From an uncultured euryarchaeote (GTDB taxonomy: Archaea > Thermoplasmatota > Poseidoniia > Poseidoniales > Poseidoniaceae), in the NCBI GenBank assembly GCA_964012565.1, contig CAXGTB010000001.1:1-34744 (forward strand): a stretch of DNA of 34,744 nucleotides, read 5' to 3'. The notes beneath the pieces were generated by a model, which was not told where the DNA came from, did no database searches, and saw nothing but the letters and a program-made list of their open reading frames with translations. Positions within the stretch are counted from its first letter, which is position 1; every line of letters starts with the position of its first letter. Below, piece after piece: positions 8,058-17,191 of the stretch. The position numbers and the translations under genes are program-made.

Positions 8058-9170
8058 ATGTGGCTAGGTATTGATGATACAGACTCATTGGAAGGTGGTT
8101 GTACAACCCTAGTATTCCATGAGTTGCTAAATTCACTACCATGTAAACACGGAGAACCTAGATTGACTAGGTTATGGCCATTTGCTGCTCAACGAACTAG
8201 AGGTAATGCTTCTCTATCTGTTGAATTATATACAGATGAATCAATAGTTGATTGGCTCGAAAATTACTGGCAGGAAAAAATTCTACCCCTGAAAGGAATG
8301 ATATCTGATTCCCAACATTCAGATAGGATGCAATACCCTTCAGACCCAGGTATGACCTTGTTTAGTGAAAAACCGGACGAAGAATACTACTGGAAAGCAG
8401 TAAGAGGAGAAGTTGACTATTTTGATGGAGGACACCAGTGGGGCGGTAAAGGGAGAATTGGTGCGGCAGCGTCTTGCGCTTGGAGGGCCAAAAACCCCAC
8501 CTGGGAAGGTATTGCATGGAGAGATGGAGAAAGGTATGTCAGTGAAGATGTCCTTTCGATTGTAGATGACATGGATGGTACATTCTTGTGCCGAGACCCT
8601 AGAAATAACAGAGGATTAATTGCACCAAGAGGTCCCTGTCCGGTTATGTTTGGTGTACGTGCAACAACAAGAGAAGTTGCACAAAAGGCAACTGATATCC
8701 TAGTTGGTGGTAGTGCATCGACTATAGGAAATCGTGTTTTTGCAACGAATCAAGCTTCTGGAGATCACATTGAATCTGTAGAAAAATTTGTAGTTGAGAA
8801 AAAAGATATTCTCCAGGGTGGGCACGTTATTCTCAATGACAAATATCTGGCATTTAGAGAATCAGGAGATTTGAACAAAATCGCCCAATGGTTGGAAATA
8901 GGAGATAATGTCAATTATATTGGTCTTTGTTACGAAGGAAAAATTCACCTTGAAGGCATCTACGTCACCGATTCAAAGGAAAAGGTCAGACCAATATGTG
9001 AATGTGGTACTAGAATGAAATCAATGGGTGCAGACCAGGGTGTTAGATGTCCAACTTGTAAGACGAGAAGTACAATTCAATGGACAACAGTGCAAAGGGA
9101 ACCTCCAATTTCGGGTTGGGTCCAACCGCCTTACGACAAACGTCGTCATTTGGCTAAGTCGATGTCATAA
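8058..9170 (+). CDS. tiaS: tRNA(Ile2) 2-agmatinylcytidine synthetase TiaS
   Basis: N-terminus MWLGIDDTDSLEGGCTT matches the TiaS signature (GIDDTDS..GMCTT). C-terminal Zn-ribbon CECGTRMKSMGADQGVRCPTCK. The track ORF start at 8004 overlaps gmhB; ATG 8058 lies 4 nt after the gmhB stop. Confidence 0.8.
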   Translation: MWLGIDDTDSLEGGCTTLVFHELLNSLPCKHGEPRLTRLWPFAAQRTRGNASLSVELYTDESIVDWLENYWQEKILPLKGMISDSQHSDRMQYPSDPGMTLFSEKPDEEYYWKAVRGEVDYFDGGHQWGGKGRIGAAASCAWRAKNPTWEGIAWRDGERYVSEDVLSIVDDMDGTFLCRDPRNNRGLIAPRGPCPVMFGVRATTREVAQKATDILVGGSASTIGNRVFATNQASGDHIESVEKFVVEKKDILQGGHVILNDKYLAFRESGDLNKIAQWLEIGDNVNYIGLCYEGKIHLEGIYVTDSKEKVRPICECGTRMKSMGADQGVRCPTCKTRSTIQWTTVQREPPISGWVQPPYDKRRHLAKSMS

Positions 9171-9210
9171 ATGCGTAAATCTTGATAGGCAAACACTCTC
9201 AGCGAGGGCC

Positions 9211-9450
9211 ATGGTAGATTCTACTGAACTAACTTACATCATTCTCGGATTGACTTTATTGGGCATGATTTGGTATGTAACCAACCGTGGTCGAGCAAAC
9301 CTAGCCCAAGCAAGAGAAGATGCTGCACCTGCAGTAGCTGGCGATGATGTGTTGGACGGTGCTGCGAAGAATCCCGAAGTTTTCGATGAGCCCGATGAGG
9401 AAGCCCTTGATGAGATGGCTAAATTACTAGGCGAAGATGAGGATCAATAA
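9211..9450 (+). CDS. Small N-terminally anchored membrane protein with acidic C-terminal tail (hypothetical)
   Basis: ATG 9211 lies within the longer track ORF 9028-9450. It has one TM helix (LTYIILGLTLLGMIWYV), then an Asp/Glu-rich tail ending in EDEDQ. The upstream part of the ORF overlaps the tiaS 3' end out of frame. Confidence 0.45.
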   Translation: MVDSTELTYIILGLTLLGMIWYVTNRGRANLAQAREDAAPAVAGDDVLDGAAKNPEVFDEPDEEALDEMAKLLGEDEDQ

Positions 9451-10013
9451 ACAAACCCTTCTTCCTTTAGAAGTAGATTTTCACTACTGTCATCCAGCCA
9501 AAGCACTCTTTTCGAATTAGATTCGGGACGAGTTAACAACCATACTTTATTTGTTTTCAATTTGTTTTTTCCACGAGCCACCAAAGGACTGGAATCCATT
9601 GCTGTCCCGCCTTTTGAGATCAATAAGGTAGTCCATGAAGTTTGAGCAATCAGATTATTCACAGCAGAGATCACATCTTTTGGAATTGTGCCAGATTCTG
9701 GACAATAGTCATCGAGTACCACAAGTGATACATTGGGAAGTGATTTTGCTGTTTTCAATAGAGATTCTAACGCCTGATCGATATTACCAACCAAGTTCAT
9801 CGCATGAAATCTAGATGATTCAACTGGAGAGATTTCGGCAAAGATTTGTGAAAAACGGACACCATCTGGTAATTCAGGAGACGCCCAAAGCACTCTACCT
9901 CCGTCAACAATTGATTGCTTAGCTGCTTGCAACCCTAGTGTAGTTCCACCGCACGAACCTTCAACTGCTAAGTGGATAGATGAATTATCAAATTCCATTT
10001 GCCAAAATTGCAA
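9444..10013 (-). CDS. RecA-superfamily (KaiC/RadB-like) domain protein with degenerate Walker A
   Basis: A beta-strand plus P-loop position reads IHLAVEGSCGGTTLGLQ, with no GK[ST] lysine. The Walker-B-like strand VSLVVLDD is retained. Length is 189 aa. Confidence 0.4.
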   Translation of the reverse strand: MQFWQMEFDNSSIHLAVEGSCGGTTLGLQAAKQSIVDGGRVLWASPELPDGVRFSQIFAEISPVESSRFHAMNLVGNIDQALESLLKTAKSLPNVSLVVLDDYCPESGTIPKDVISAVNNLIAQTSWTTLLISKGGTAMDSSPLVARGKNKLKTNKVWLLTRPESNSKRVLWLDDSSENLLLKEEGFVY

Positions 10014-10022
10014 TTTAATCCC

Positions 10023-10577
10023 TCAATCAAGCATAATCATAGAAGGAATATCGAGATCTTCTTCTTCTTTTTCTGCATCATTACCAAGAAGTAAATCGAG
10101 TAGATCCCCTTCTGAGTCATCATTTTCAATTTTTGCCTGCTTTATTGCTTTACGAGATTTAGATAGGCGTGAAACCATAAGCAGATGCGCCTCTAATCTT
10201 CGTGTTGCATCTCTGTAATCCTTTACTGAAAAGTATCCCAAGAATTCCCCATTACCGTCAACGACAATTACAACGTCAGTAGGTGTATTGCTCATTACAT
10301 TCAAGGCCTTAGATAACGGAGTATCTCCTTGAACTGCAAGTACATTTGTCCTCATAATTTTGTCAACTTTGACTTTGGTTGCATTCATTCCTTCAGCCAT
10401 TTTTGAAAAAATGTCTTTTGCTGTAACAACTCCAAGTATATCACTACCTTTCTTCACTAAAACAGCGTGTTCTGGGTTCACCGACAGTTCGGAACAAATC
10501 TCACTGACCCTTGTTTTTGATGCAACTACAATATGTTCGTCAGTAATCGACATATCGGCCACTGTTGGTTCGTCCAT
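10023..10577 (-). CDS. CBS-domain pair protein with acidic C-terminal tail
   Basis: Two CBS repeats: ILGVVTAKDIFSKM and GEFLGYFSVKDYRD, with VLAVQGDTPLSKALNVM between them. It lies 9 bp upstream of the RecA-like ORF on the same strand. Confidence 0.7.
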   Translation of the reverse strand: MDEPTVADMSITDEHIVVASKTRVSEICSELSVNPEHAVLVKKGSDILGVVTAKDIFSKMAEGMNATKVKVDKIMRTNVLAVQGDTPLSKALNVMSNTPTDVVIVVDGNGEFLGYFSVKDYRDATRRLEAHLLMVSRLSKSRKAIKQAKIENDDSEGDLLDLLLGNDAEKEEEDLDIPSMIMLD

Positions 10578-10605
10578 GGTGTGACCTAGGTATCCATAGA
10601 AGATA

Positions 10606-10881
10606 TTGGTTTCCCATCAAACTGATGACAATCCATATGACCTAATTGTCACTCACAGAGGTATGGCCGGGGAATTACGCAAAGGTGAAAGAATCCCAAG
10701 AAGACCCCTTCCTGACTTTGAAGAAAGCGCTGGCTTCGGCGCTGCTATCAAACGTGATGGCTTGGTTAAAACGGCCTTAGAAGATACAAATGAATACGGT
10801 CCACATTCAATGATCGTTCTTCTGATTATCGTAGCATCCATTACTGGTGGAATACTACTTTCTATCCGATATTTAATTTAA
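10606..10881 (+). CDS. Hypothetical small tail-anchored membrane protein
   Basis: The ORF has a TTG start; an internal ATG at 10663 is an alternative. A single hydrophobic helix lies at the extreme C-terminus (MIVLLIIVASITGGILLSI). No recognisable family. Confidence 0.3.
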   Translation: MVSHQTDDNPYDLIVTHRGMAGELRKGERIPRRPLPDFEESAGFGAAIKRDGLVKTALEDTNEYGPHSMIVLLIIVASITGGILLSIRYLI

Positions 10882-10950
10882 GTTTGAAAATCACAATTTT
10901 CGGTCGAAAATGAGGGCAATATACAAACCCCTTACGATTAAGCACTCATC

Positions 10951-11388
10951 ATGAGTGAAGGTTCTGTCAATGTCGAAAGCAGAACTTCATCCCAAGATAA
11001 AAGATGGACAATAATGGCGGCATTACTTGGTACAAGCACCGCAGTAATGCTTTTCCAAGGCATTGAGCAAGAGGCTAATCCGAAATATGAAAGAGAATTA
11101 GCTCTAACACTAATCGCTGCAACAATACCGTTTCAAGGAATTTACTTCCTGATTTACACATTCCTTCTAGAAAATAATGGGAAATTAACTGAAGAAATGA
11201 TGAATAAGCTCAACTTTGCATCTGCTTTGTGCCAAGTTATTGCATACTTTTCAATAATTGGAGTGATTGTACTCTGGTACAGTATGTCCAAAATGGTTGG
11301 AATAGCATTCACAATTTCAGCCCTAATTTCAATGGTGCTTGTTCGTTATTCAATGAATCAGAACGAACAAAATTCAGTTACTGAATAG
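10951..11388 (+). CDS. Hypothetical integral membrane protein (about 4 TM helices)
   Basis: 145-aa ORF with four hydrophobic segments. No recognisable family. Confidence 0.45.
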   Translation: MSEGSVNVESRTSSQDKRWTIMAALLGTSTAVMLFQGIEQEANPKYERELALTLIAATIPFQGIYFLIYTFLLENNGKLTEEMMNKLNFASALCQVIAYFSIIGVIVLWYSMSKMVGIAFTISALISMVLVRYSMNQNEQNSVTE

Positions 11389-12727
11389 CAGCCCTTGCCA
11401 AATCAACTGCTTCATCAACAATTTCTCCAGAAACCCCAATATGATTTGCTGGATCAAACATAGCCTCAAGTTCTTCAGCACTAAACGCTGCCGCAATAGC
11501 AGGAGTTCGAGCACATACATCGATTAATTCTTCACCATTAGCAATCGCTTCAAATGATGCTGAACGTAGAATTTCATGAGATTCATCACGCCCTATTCCA
11601 TGGCTGACTAATTCAATCATTACTTTTTCAGCCATAACCAATCCTTTCTGACTTGCAATGTTTGCAAGCATCCTTTCACCATCAACCCAAAGATTTGTCA
11701 AAACATTAGCAGTTTTTGCAATTACATCTTCGCACAAGGCAGATGCATGAGATAATGTAAAACGTTCAGAACTTGAATTCGCAAGATCTCTTTCGTGCCA
11801 CAAAAGTGCGTTCTCATATGTTGGAATGATAAATGCACGGACAATTCTAGCAAGACCAGATGCATTTTCTGATTTGATTGGGTTCTTTTTATGAGCCATT
11901 GTAGAGGAGCCGACTTGTTTCTTTACATCAAAACCTTCACCTGCTTCTGCGATTTCTGAACGCTGCAAATTTCTGATTTCTTGTAGAACTTTTTCACAAG
12001 TACATGCGACATTAGAAAGCCAAGATACATACTCAATATAGCGATCACGACCAACAACCTGGGTAGTTGCTAGAGGTACCTCTAGACCAAGATGTGTTAG
12101 AATGAGTCTTTGCAATTCTCGCGCTCTGTCGCCCTGTGCAGCTCCTGTCCCAACAGCACCTAGGAATTTACCAACTGCAATTCTTGGTGTGGCTTCATCC
12201 AATCTTATCAGTTGCCTTCTCATCTCGTCCAACCATACCGCTACCTTCAAACCGAACGTAATAGGAACTGCTGCTTGACCATGAGTTCTTCCGAGCATAA
12301 CTGTATCTCGCTCTTTCTCCGCTAAATTCGCAGTTACATCAATCAAATGACAAAGTTGTTTGCGAAGTAGGATAATTGAATCACGAAGTTGTAGACCAAC
12401 TGCTGTATCTACTATATCATTAGAAGTCGCACCAAGATGAATACACCATCCGGCTTCCTCTGCTGCTTCCGCCATGGCTTTTGTTAAGGCCATGATGTCG
12501 TGCCTTGTTTCAGCCTCAATTTCAGATACTCTTTCCTTAGTGACTATTGAAGGAACAGCTATTTGTGCAACCTTTGCATAATCTTCCTCTGAAACTTTAC
12601 CCATCTCTTTGTGAGCCCAAACTAAAGCCCTTTCAACTTCCAGTTGTCTCTGGTGCCTACCCAGTTCGGACCATATTTCTTTGAATTCTTGACAGCCATA
12701 TCGATAGTCGAGAGGACAGAACGCCAT
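11378..12727 (-). CDS. purB: Adenylosuccinate lyase
   Basis: N-terminus MAFCPLDYRYG (PurB-type PLxxRY). Fumarate-lyase signature GSSTMAHKKNP. Start moved to ATG 12727; the track ORF extends to 12781. Confidence 0.88.
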   Translation of the reverse strand: MAFCPLDYRYGCQEFKEIWSELGRHQRQLEVERALVWAHKEMGKVSEEDYAKVAQIAVPSIVTKERVSEIEAETRHDIMALTKAMAEAAEEAGWCIHLGATSNDIVDTAVGLQLRDSIILLRKQLCHLIDVTANLAEKERDTVMLGRTHGQAAVPITFGLKVAVWLDEMRRQLIRLDEATPRIAVGKFLGAVGTGAAQGDRARELQRLILTHLGLEVPLATTQVVGRDRYIEYVSWLSNVACTCEKVLQEIRNLQRSEIAEAGEGFDVKKQVGSSTMAHKKNPIKSENASGLARIVRAFIIPTYENALLWHERDLANSSSERFTLSHASALCEDVIAKTANVLTNLWVDGERMLANIASQKGLVMAEKVMIELVSHGIGRDESHEILRSASFEAIANGEELIDVCARTPAIAAAFSAEELEAMFDPANHIGVSGEIVDEAVDLARAAIQ

Positions 12728-12792
12728 ATCTGTGTCTCTCAAGGTATAGGAAATGAACATTCCGAGTGAAATCCAATTCAATTATTGTCATA

Positions 12793-13440
12793 TTAATTGA
12801 ATGAAAGATGGCCTCTAACTCCATCCCAATGAATTTCATAATCGAGTTCTATCCTTCCATTCATATGCGGTCCAGCAATTACTAAGGTTTCGTATTCTCC
12901 ACCTTCACCATCTACATGAAATCTATATTTCGCAGCATTAGCCTTCAATTCTTTCAAATTATTTTCATTCACAATACGACCAAGCCATTCCTTTCCTAAC
13001 CCTTCTGTAGAAACTCCAGTAATCATTACCTCGAATCCATTGGAGACTAAATTATCCATGTGAGATTCACTTGATTGATGCCAAAGAGGCGTGAACGATT
13101 TTATCTTCAATTCTTCACACATTCTCTCAAGTCGAGTTTTTTGATAATCTGAACGCAATGCGCCTGAAACAATACCATCTATGTTCAGATTCAAAAGTGC
13201 ATTCTTTAGATCTTCAACCTCTTCCTCTTCAATACCTTTTGTGGGAACTGAGAGCCACGAACAGCCACATAATTCCGCCTGCTTCTCAACCAGTGACGTT
13301 CCAGGTATTTGGAACATGAATGAGTCATCACCCACAACCAATACTGTGACCAAATGAGTAACATCCCATCCCTTGCACTGAGCCCACCAAATTGCGGCAC
13401 TACTGTCCTTGCCACCACTAGAGAGAACTGCTACCTTCAC
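12793..13440 (-). CDS. Diphthine-ammonia ligase (Dph6 / MJ0570-like N-type ATP pyrophosphatase)
   Basis: PP-loop VAVLSSGGKDS and C-terminal GEGGEYETLV motif. GTG 13440 gives the N-terminus (M)KVAVLSSGGKDS, like homologues. The longer track ORF (to 13572) would overlap psmA. Confidence 0.7.
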   Translation of the reverse strand: MKVAVLSSGGKDSSAAIWWAQCKGWDVTHLVTVLVVGDDSFMFQIPGTSLVEKQAELCGCSWLSVPTKGIEEEEVEDLKNALLNLNIDGIVSGALRSDYQKTRLERMCEELKIKSFTPLWHQSSESHMDNLVSNGFEVMITGVSTEGLGKEWLGRIVNENNLKELKANAAKYRFHVDGEGGEYETLVIAGPHMNGRIELDYEIHWDGVRGHLSFN

Positions 13441-13491
13441 ATACCTCCCATCCCGCCAAGGTTGATAAGACCCCGGCCCGGCCACACACCA

Positions 13492-13497
13492 GAGGTG
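13492..13497 (+). promoter_or_regulatory. Shine-Dalgarno-like GAGGTG, 6 nt upstream of the proposed psmA TTG start
   Basis: Read directly: agaGGTGgatactTTG. Confidence 0.4.
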
Positions 13498-13503
13498 GAT
13501 ACT

Positions 13504-14226
13504 TTGCAGCCGAGCGGAAGAGGATATGACCACGGGATTACTACATTCAGCCCAGATGGAAGATTGTTTCAAGTTGAATATGCCAGAGAGAGTGTTAAAC
13601 GAGGTACTACTACAGCAGGTCTGAAGTTTAGAGACGGTGTTGTTTTAGTTTGTGATAAGCGTATAGCAAGCCGTTTAATCATTCCAGAATCTATCGAAAA
13701 AATGTTCAAAATTGATGCACATGTTGGTATCGCAACAAGCGGCCTAGTCGCTGATGCAAGACAACTAGTTGCTAGGGCTCGTGTTGAAGCACAAATCAAC
13801 AGGATTACTTATGCAGCAACAGTCCCAGTTGACATTTTAACAAAGAAAATTTGCGACTTTAAGCAATCCTTTACCCAGTACGGTGGGTCAAGACCTTTTG
13901 GAACTGCACTTTTGATTGGCGGTGTTGACGACAACGGTATTCATCTGTTTGAAACCGATCCTTCAGGAGCTTACCAGTCTTACCATGCAGGAGCGATTGG
14001 AAGTGGCAGGAACACAGTTATTGACTACTTTGAGAAGAATTGGAAGGAAGGATTGACACTGAATGCTGCCATGAAACTTGGACTTGAAGCTCTAAGAAAC
14101 GCCAATGACCAGGAATTGAATCGAGAAGCAGTCGAAGTTTCAGTAATCGATTCCGAAGGTTACAGAATTCTAGATAGATCTGAGGTCAACAAGCAGATTG
14201 ACCGGTTGAAGCCTCTTGAGGAGTGA
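13504..14226 (+). CDS. psmA: Proteasome subunit alpha
   Basis: YDHGITTFSPDGRLFQVEYARE is the proteasome alpha N-terminal signature. There is no in-frame ATG upstream of it. TTG 13504 is preceded by GAGGTG (13492-13497); GTG 13495 is an alternative. Confidence 0.88.
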   Translation: MQPSGRGYDHGITTFSPDGRLFQVEYARESVKRGTTTAGLKFRDGVVLVCDKRIASRLIIPESIEKMFKIDAHVGIATSGLVADARQLVARARVEAQINRITYAATVPVDILTKKICDFKQSFTQYGGSRPFGTALLIGGVDDNGIHLFETDPSGAYQSYHAGAIGSGRNTVIDYFEKNWKEGLTLNAAMKLGLEALRNANDQELNREAVEVSVIDSEGYRILDRSEVNKQIDRLKPLEE

Positions 14227-14234
14227 AACTACTC

Positions 14235-14921
14235 ATGGTCAGCCTAGACGCAGCCGTCTTGGCGAGATATGAATACGGTGGTAAAAGATACGAAATTTTG
14301 GTTGATCCAGATCTTGTTGAGGCCTTTCGCCAAGATCCAGATTCAGTTGACATAGACGACTTTCTAGCCACTGACGAAGTTTGGCATGATGCGAGGGGAG
14401 GAGATAGACCCACAGAGGAGGCTATCGAATCAACATTTGAAACACAAGAAATTAATGAAATTGCTAAAATTATTCTTGAAAAAGGCAACATACAACTAAC
14501 TACGAATCAAAGAAAAGAGATGGTAGAACAAAAGCGTCAAATGATAATTCAAGAAATACATTCAACAGCAATTGATCCAAAAGCGAAAACTCCACACCCA
14601 AAAACAAGAATCGAACTAGCTCTTGAAGAGAGTAGATTTTCTGTCGATCCGTTTAAGCGACTTGAAGTACAGGTAAAAGATGCAATAAATTCACTGAAAC
14701 CACTAATTCCATTGTCATTTGAACCGGTAAGAATCGCGTTTAGAATTCCCGGTTCTGGATATGGCCAGGCAAGTAAATTCTTGCGGGCTTATTTGGACAA
14801 AGAAGAGTGGTTATCAAATGGTGATTGGGCATGTATAATCGAGTGCCCTCCCGGCATGACAGGCAATATAATCGGGAAAGTCAAGAGTGTAGATAGTAAC
14901 TCAGAAATTAAGGAATTGTAA
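14235..14921 (+). CDS. SBDS/Sdo1-family ribosome maturation protein
   Basis: N-terminus MVSLDAAVLARYEYGGKRYEILVDPD (FYSH domain pattern). Its position between psmA and rrp4 matches the conserved archaeal superoperon. Confidence 0.82.
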   Translation: MVSLDAAVLARYEYGGKRYEILVDPDLVEAFRQDPDSVDIDDFLATDEVWHDARGGDRPTEEAIESTFETQEINEIAKIILEKGNIQLTTNQRKEMVEQKRQMIIQEIHSTAIDPKAKTPHPKTRIELALEESRFSVDPFKRLEVQVKDAINSLKPLIPLSFEPVRIAFRIPGSGYGQASKFLRAYLDKEEWLSNGDWACIIECPPGMTGNIIGKVKSVDSNSEIKEL

Positions 14922-14947
14922 ACAATTTCGAAAGCGTCTGCTTTATC

Positions 14948-15670
14948 ATGGGTTGTCGAGTCGCCCGGCACGGAGACAAAGAGATGTCAGGAGCAAACAA
15001 AGGCGCCGAGCTGCGCCTCGTGACTCCTGGAGAGGCCATCGGGGCTTCATCAGGTGCGCGAGCAGGAACAGGTACCCTAATCACGGGAGACAACATAATC
15101 GCAACCAAAGTTGGTTGGGTAAGAGAAAACAATGGAGTCACTTCGGTTGACCCAATTCATTCAGCATATATGCCTAGGTCTGGAGACCTGGTAATCGGCG
15201 TAATCGAAAGTGTCAGAAACAACTTATGGTTTGCTGACGTAAACGGCCCATTCAACGGATTATTACCAATGTCATTAGCACCATGGAAAGTCGAATTTGG
15301 TGCGGCAAGACAGCACATGGATATCGGAGACATCATGTTAGCTAGAGTACAAGAAGTAGATGAAGCGCATAACATTGTTTTGACAATGAAAGGCGTAGGA
15401 CTTCGAAGATTGAAAGAAGGAGTGATGTCCAACATATCTATGAATCATATTTCACGCTTGAGAGGAGAAAACGATTCCATGCTCAGGCAATTAAAAGAAG
15501 TCAGCGATTGTAGAATTATCGTTGCAGAAAATGGAAGAGTTTGGGTCGACGGTGACTCAGACGGAATCGCATTCATGCGCACTATTCTTGAATTAGTGCG
15601 CAATGATGGCCACAAGGCCACGTTCAATGAATCGTTAGATGAATTGATCAACCAAAGGAGGAATGCCTAA
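14948..15670 (+). CDS. rrp4: Exosome complex RNA-binding subunit Rrp4 (S1 + KH)
   Basis: LVTPGEAIG N-terminal domain, S1-like GDLVIGVIESV...WFADVNG, and a KH-like C-terminus. An alternative start at ATG 14984 is preceded by GGAG. Confidence 0.82.
   Translation: MGCRVARHGDKEMSGANKGAELRLVTPGEAIGASSGARAGTGTLITGDNIIATKVGWVRENNGVTSVDPIHSAYMPRSGDLVIGVIESVRNNLWFADVNGPFNGLLPMSLAPWKVEFGAARQHMDIGDIMLARVQEVDEAHNIVLTMKGVGLRRLKEGVMSNISMNHISRLRGENDSMLRQLKEVSDCRIIVAENGRVWVDGDSDGIAFMRTILELVRNDGHKATFNESLDELINQRRNA
15657..15661 (+). promoter_or_regulatory. SD (GGAGG) for rrp41, inside the rrp4 3' end; stop/start overlap TAATG
   Basis: aaaGGAGGaatgccTAATGggc. Confidence 0.6.
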
Positions 15671-16407
15671 TGGGCGGATACGGAGATGTACAATTACTAC
15701 GTGAAGACGGATTGAGACTAGATGGTCGCAAAGTAGACGAAATGAGAGAAGTCAAAGTTGAGGCTGGAATTTTACCAGCAGCAGATGGTTCAGCATGGGT
15801 AAAACATGGCCTGAATGTGGCTGTTTGTGCAGTTTATGGACCAATGGAGGCACATCCAAGAAAAATCCAAAGGCAAGACAGAGCAGTTATTGATGTCAGG
15901 TACAATATGGCACCATTCTCTACCAGTGACAGAATACGACCGGGATACAATCGCCGTTCAAGAGAAATTAGCAAAGTAACTGCTGAAGCTCTAGAAAGTG
16001 TAGTTCTAGTAGAGCGATACCCTCGCTCCAAGATTCGGGTAGAAATCGAAATCCTTGCTGCTGAAGCAGGAACACGATGTGTCGGAATAACCGCTGCTGC
16101 TGTAGCATTAGCAGATGCTGGCATCCCAATGAGAGATTTGATTGTTGGAGTTGCAAGTGGTAAAATCGAAGATACTGTAGTATTAGATCTCGACAAGGCA
16201 GAAGATAACTATGGACAGGCCGACCTTCCGATGGGAATTCTGCCAACCACTGGAGAAATCGCTTTCCTGCAAATGGATGGCGACTTATCGGTTGAAGAAT
16301 ACAATACCTGCGTGGAATACAACATGAAGGCTGCTAAAGAAATTCACGAACTAATGGTAGATGCACTCAGGCGCAGATACATCGAAAAGAATGGAGGTGA
16401 AGCCTGA
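15670..16407 (+). CDS. rrp41: Exosome complex exonuclease Rrp41 (RNase PH-like, catalytic)
   Basis: LREDGLRLDGRKVDEMREVKVEAGILPAADGSAWVKHG is the RNase PH pattern. TAATG overlaps the rrp4 stop. Confidence 0.88.
   Translation: MGGYGDVQLLREDGLRLDGRKVDEMREVKVEAGILPAADGSAWVKHGLNVAVCAVYGPMEAHPRKIQRQDRAVIDVRYNMAPFSTSDRIRPGYNRRSREISKVTAEALESVVLVERYPRSKIRVEIEILAAEAGTRCVGITAAAVALADAGIPMRDLIVGVASGKIEDTVVLDLDKAEDNYGQADLPMGILPTTGEIAFLQMDGDLSVEEYNTCVEYNMKAAKEIHELMVDALRRRYIEKNGGEA
16393..16400 (+). promoter_or_regulatory. SD (GGAGGTGA) for rrp42, inside the rrp41 3' end; stop/start overlap TGATG
   Basis: aatGGAGGTGAagccTGATGgtt. Confidence 0.65.
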
Positions 16408-17189
16408 TGGTTGAACTAGTGCCAAACTTGCTAAGACAGGAACTTGAAGCTCTTGCAGCAAAGGACCAGAGAATCGATGGAAGAGGACAATGGGATTCAA
16501 GAGATATCAAATTGGAAACAAATTGCCTTTACAATGCTGAAGGTAGTGCTAAGGTCACATGGGGGGGCACCATAATTTATGCAGGTGTAAAGTTCGAAAT
16601 TAGAACTCCATGGCCAGATCGCCCCGCTCAAGGTTCACTGATGTGTGGAGCAGAACTTAGACCGGTCGCAGGACGCAAATATGAGCCAGGACCACCTTCT
16701 CCACAATCTATTGAATTAGGTAGAGTTGTCGATAGAGGAATCCGTGAATCTGGATGCATAGACATGGATTCTTTGTGTATCATCCCTGGAGAGAAAGTTC
16801 TAGGAGTTATGATTGATATTCACGTCCTTTCAGACAAAGGAAATATCTTCGACGCATGCGCTTTAGGTGCGATTGCTGCACTACGTACTGCAATTGTTCC
16901 AGCAGAAAGGTTCGATATCGGAGAAGACTATCCACTCGCAGTTTCTATGACTCCAACAATGTGCTCTTTCACAAGAGTAGGTGGAAGGTACGTATTAGAT
17001 GCTAACGAAGAGGAAGAATTGGGTGGAGATGAAAGAATTCATATCACTTTAGGAGACGAAGGACACCTACATTCTCTTCAGAAGGGGTTAAAGGGAACTT
17101 TCACTCCGGCGGAATTCGACGAGATACTCAAGATCGCTCAGCAACGTTGCGCAGAACTTGCAGAATTAGTCAACTCTAAGGAGGAATAA
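16407..17189 (+). CDS. rrp42: Exosome complex subunit Rrp42 (RNase PH-like, non-catalytic)
   Basis: RIDGRGQWDSRDIKLETN...AEGSAKVTWGGT. TGATG overlaps the rrp41 stop. Confidence 0.85.
   Translation: MVELVPNLLRQELEALAAKDQRIDGRGQWDSRDIKLETNCLYNAEGSAKVTWGGTIIYAGVKFEIRTPWPDRPAQGSLMCGAELRPVAGRKYEPGPPSPQSIELGRVVDRGIRESGCIDMDSLCIIPGEKVLGVMIDIHVLSDKGNIFDACALGAIAALRTAIVPAERFDIGEDYPLAVSMTPTMCSFTRVGGRYVLDANEEEELGGDERIHITLGDEGHLHSLQKGLKGTFTPAEFDEILKIAQQRCAELAELVNSKEE
17180..17184 (+). promoter_or_regulatory. SD (GGAGG) for rpl37ae
   Basis: taaGGAGGaataaacATG, 7-nt spacing. Confidence 0.6.
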
Positions 17190-17191
17190 AC

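Noticed and set aside
9028-9210. Upstream two-fifths of the 140-aa ORF 9028-9450, overlapping the tiaS 3' end.
   Set aside because: It is out of frame with the tiaS Zn-ribbon coding region. Only the distal part, from ATG 9211, looks like a real small membrane protein.
10883-10910. Small AT-rich hairpins after ORFs: gaaaat-caca-attttc at about 10886-10901, caaatc-aaa-gatttg at about 23562-23576, and tacaa/ttgta at about 24797-24817.
   Set aside because: The stems are only 5-6 bp. Archaeal termination relies mainly on oligo-T tracts, so these are not distinguishable from chance.
14953-15150. Arg-rich 65-aa ORF (+2 frame) at the locally GC-rich 5' end of rrp4. It could be taken for a small basic protein.
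   Set aside because: It is out of frame within rrp4, whose LVTPGEAIG motif is encoded in the same nucleotides. The Arg-richness is a by-product of the GC-rich stretch.
16561-16567. G7 homopolymer inside rrp42, as a possible slippage or frameshift site.
   Set aside because: The reading frame is intact through it, and the encoded WGGT fits the RNase PH-like domain.
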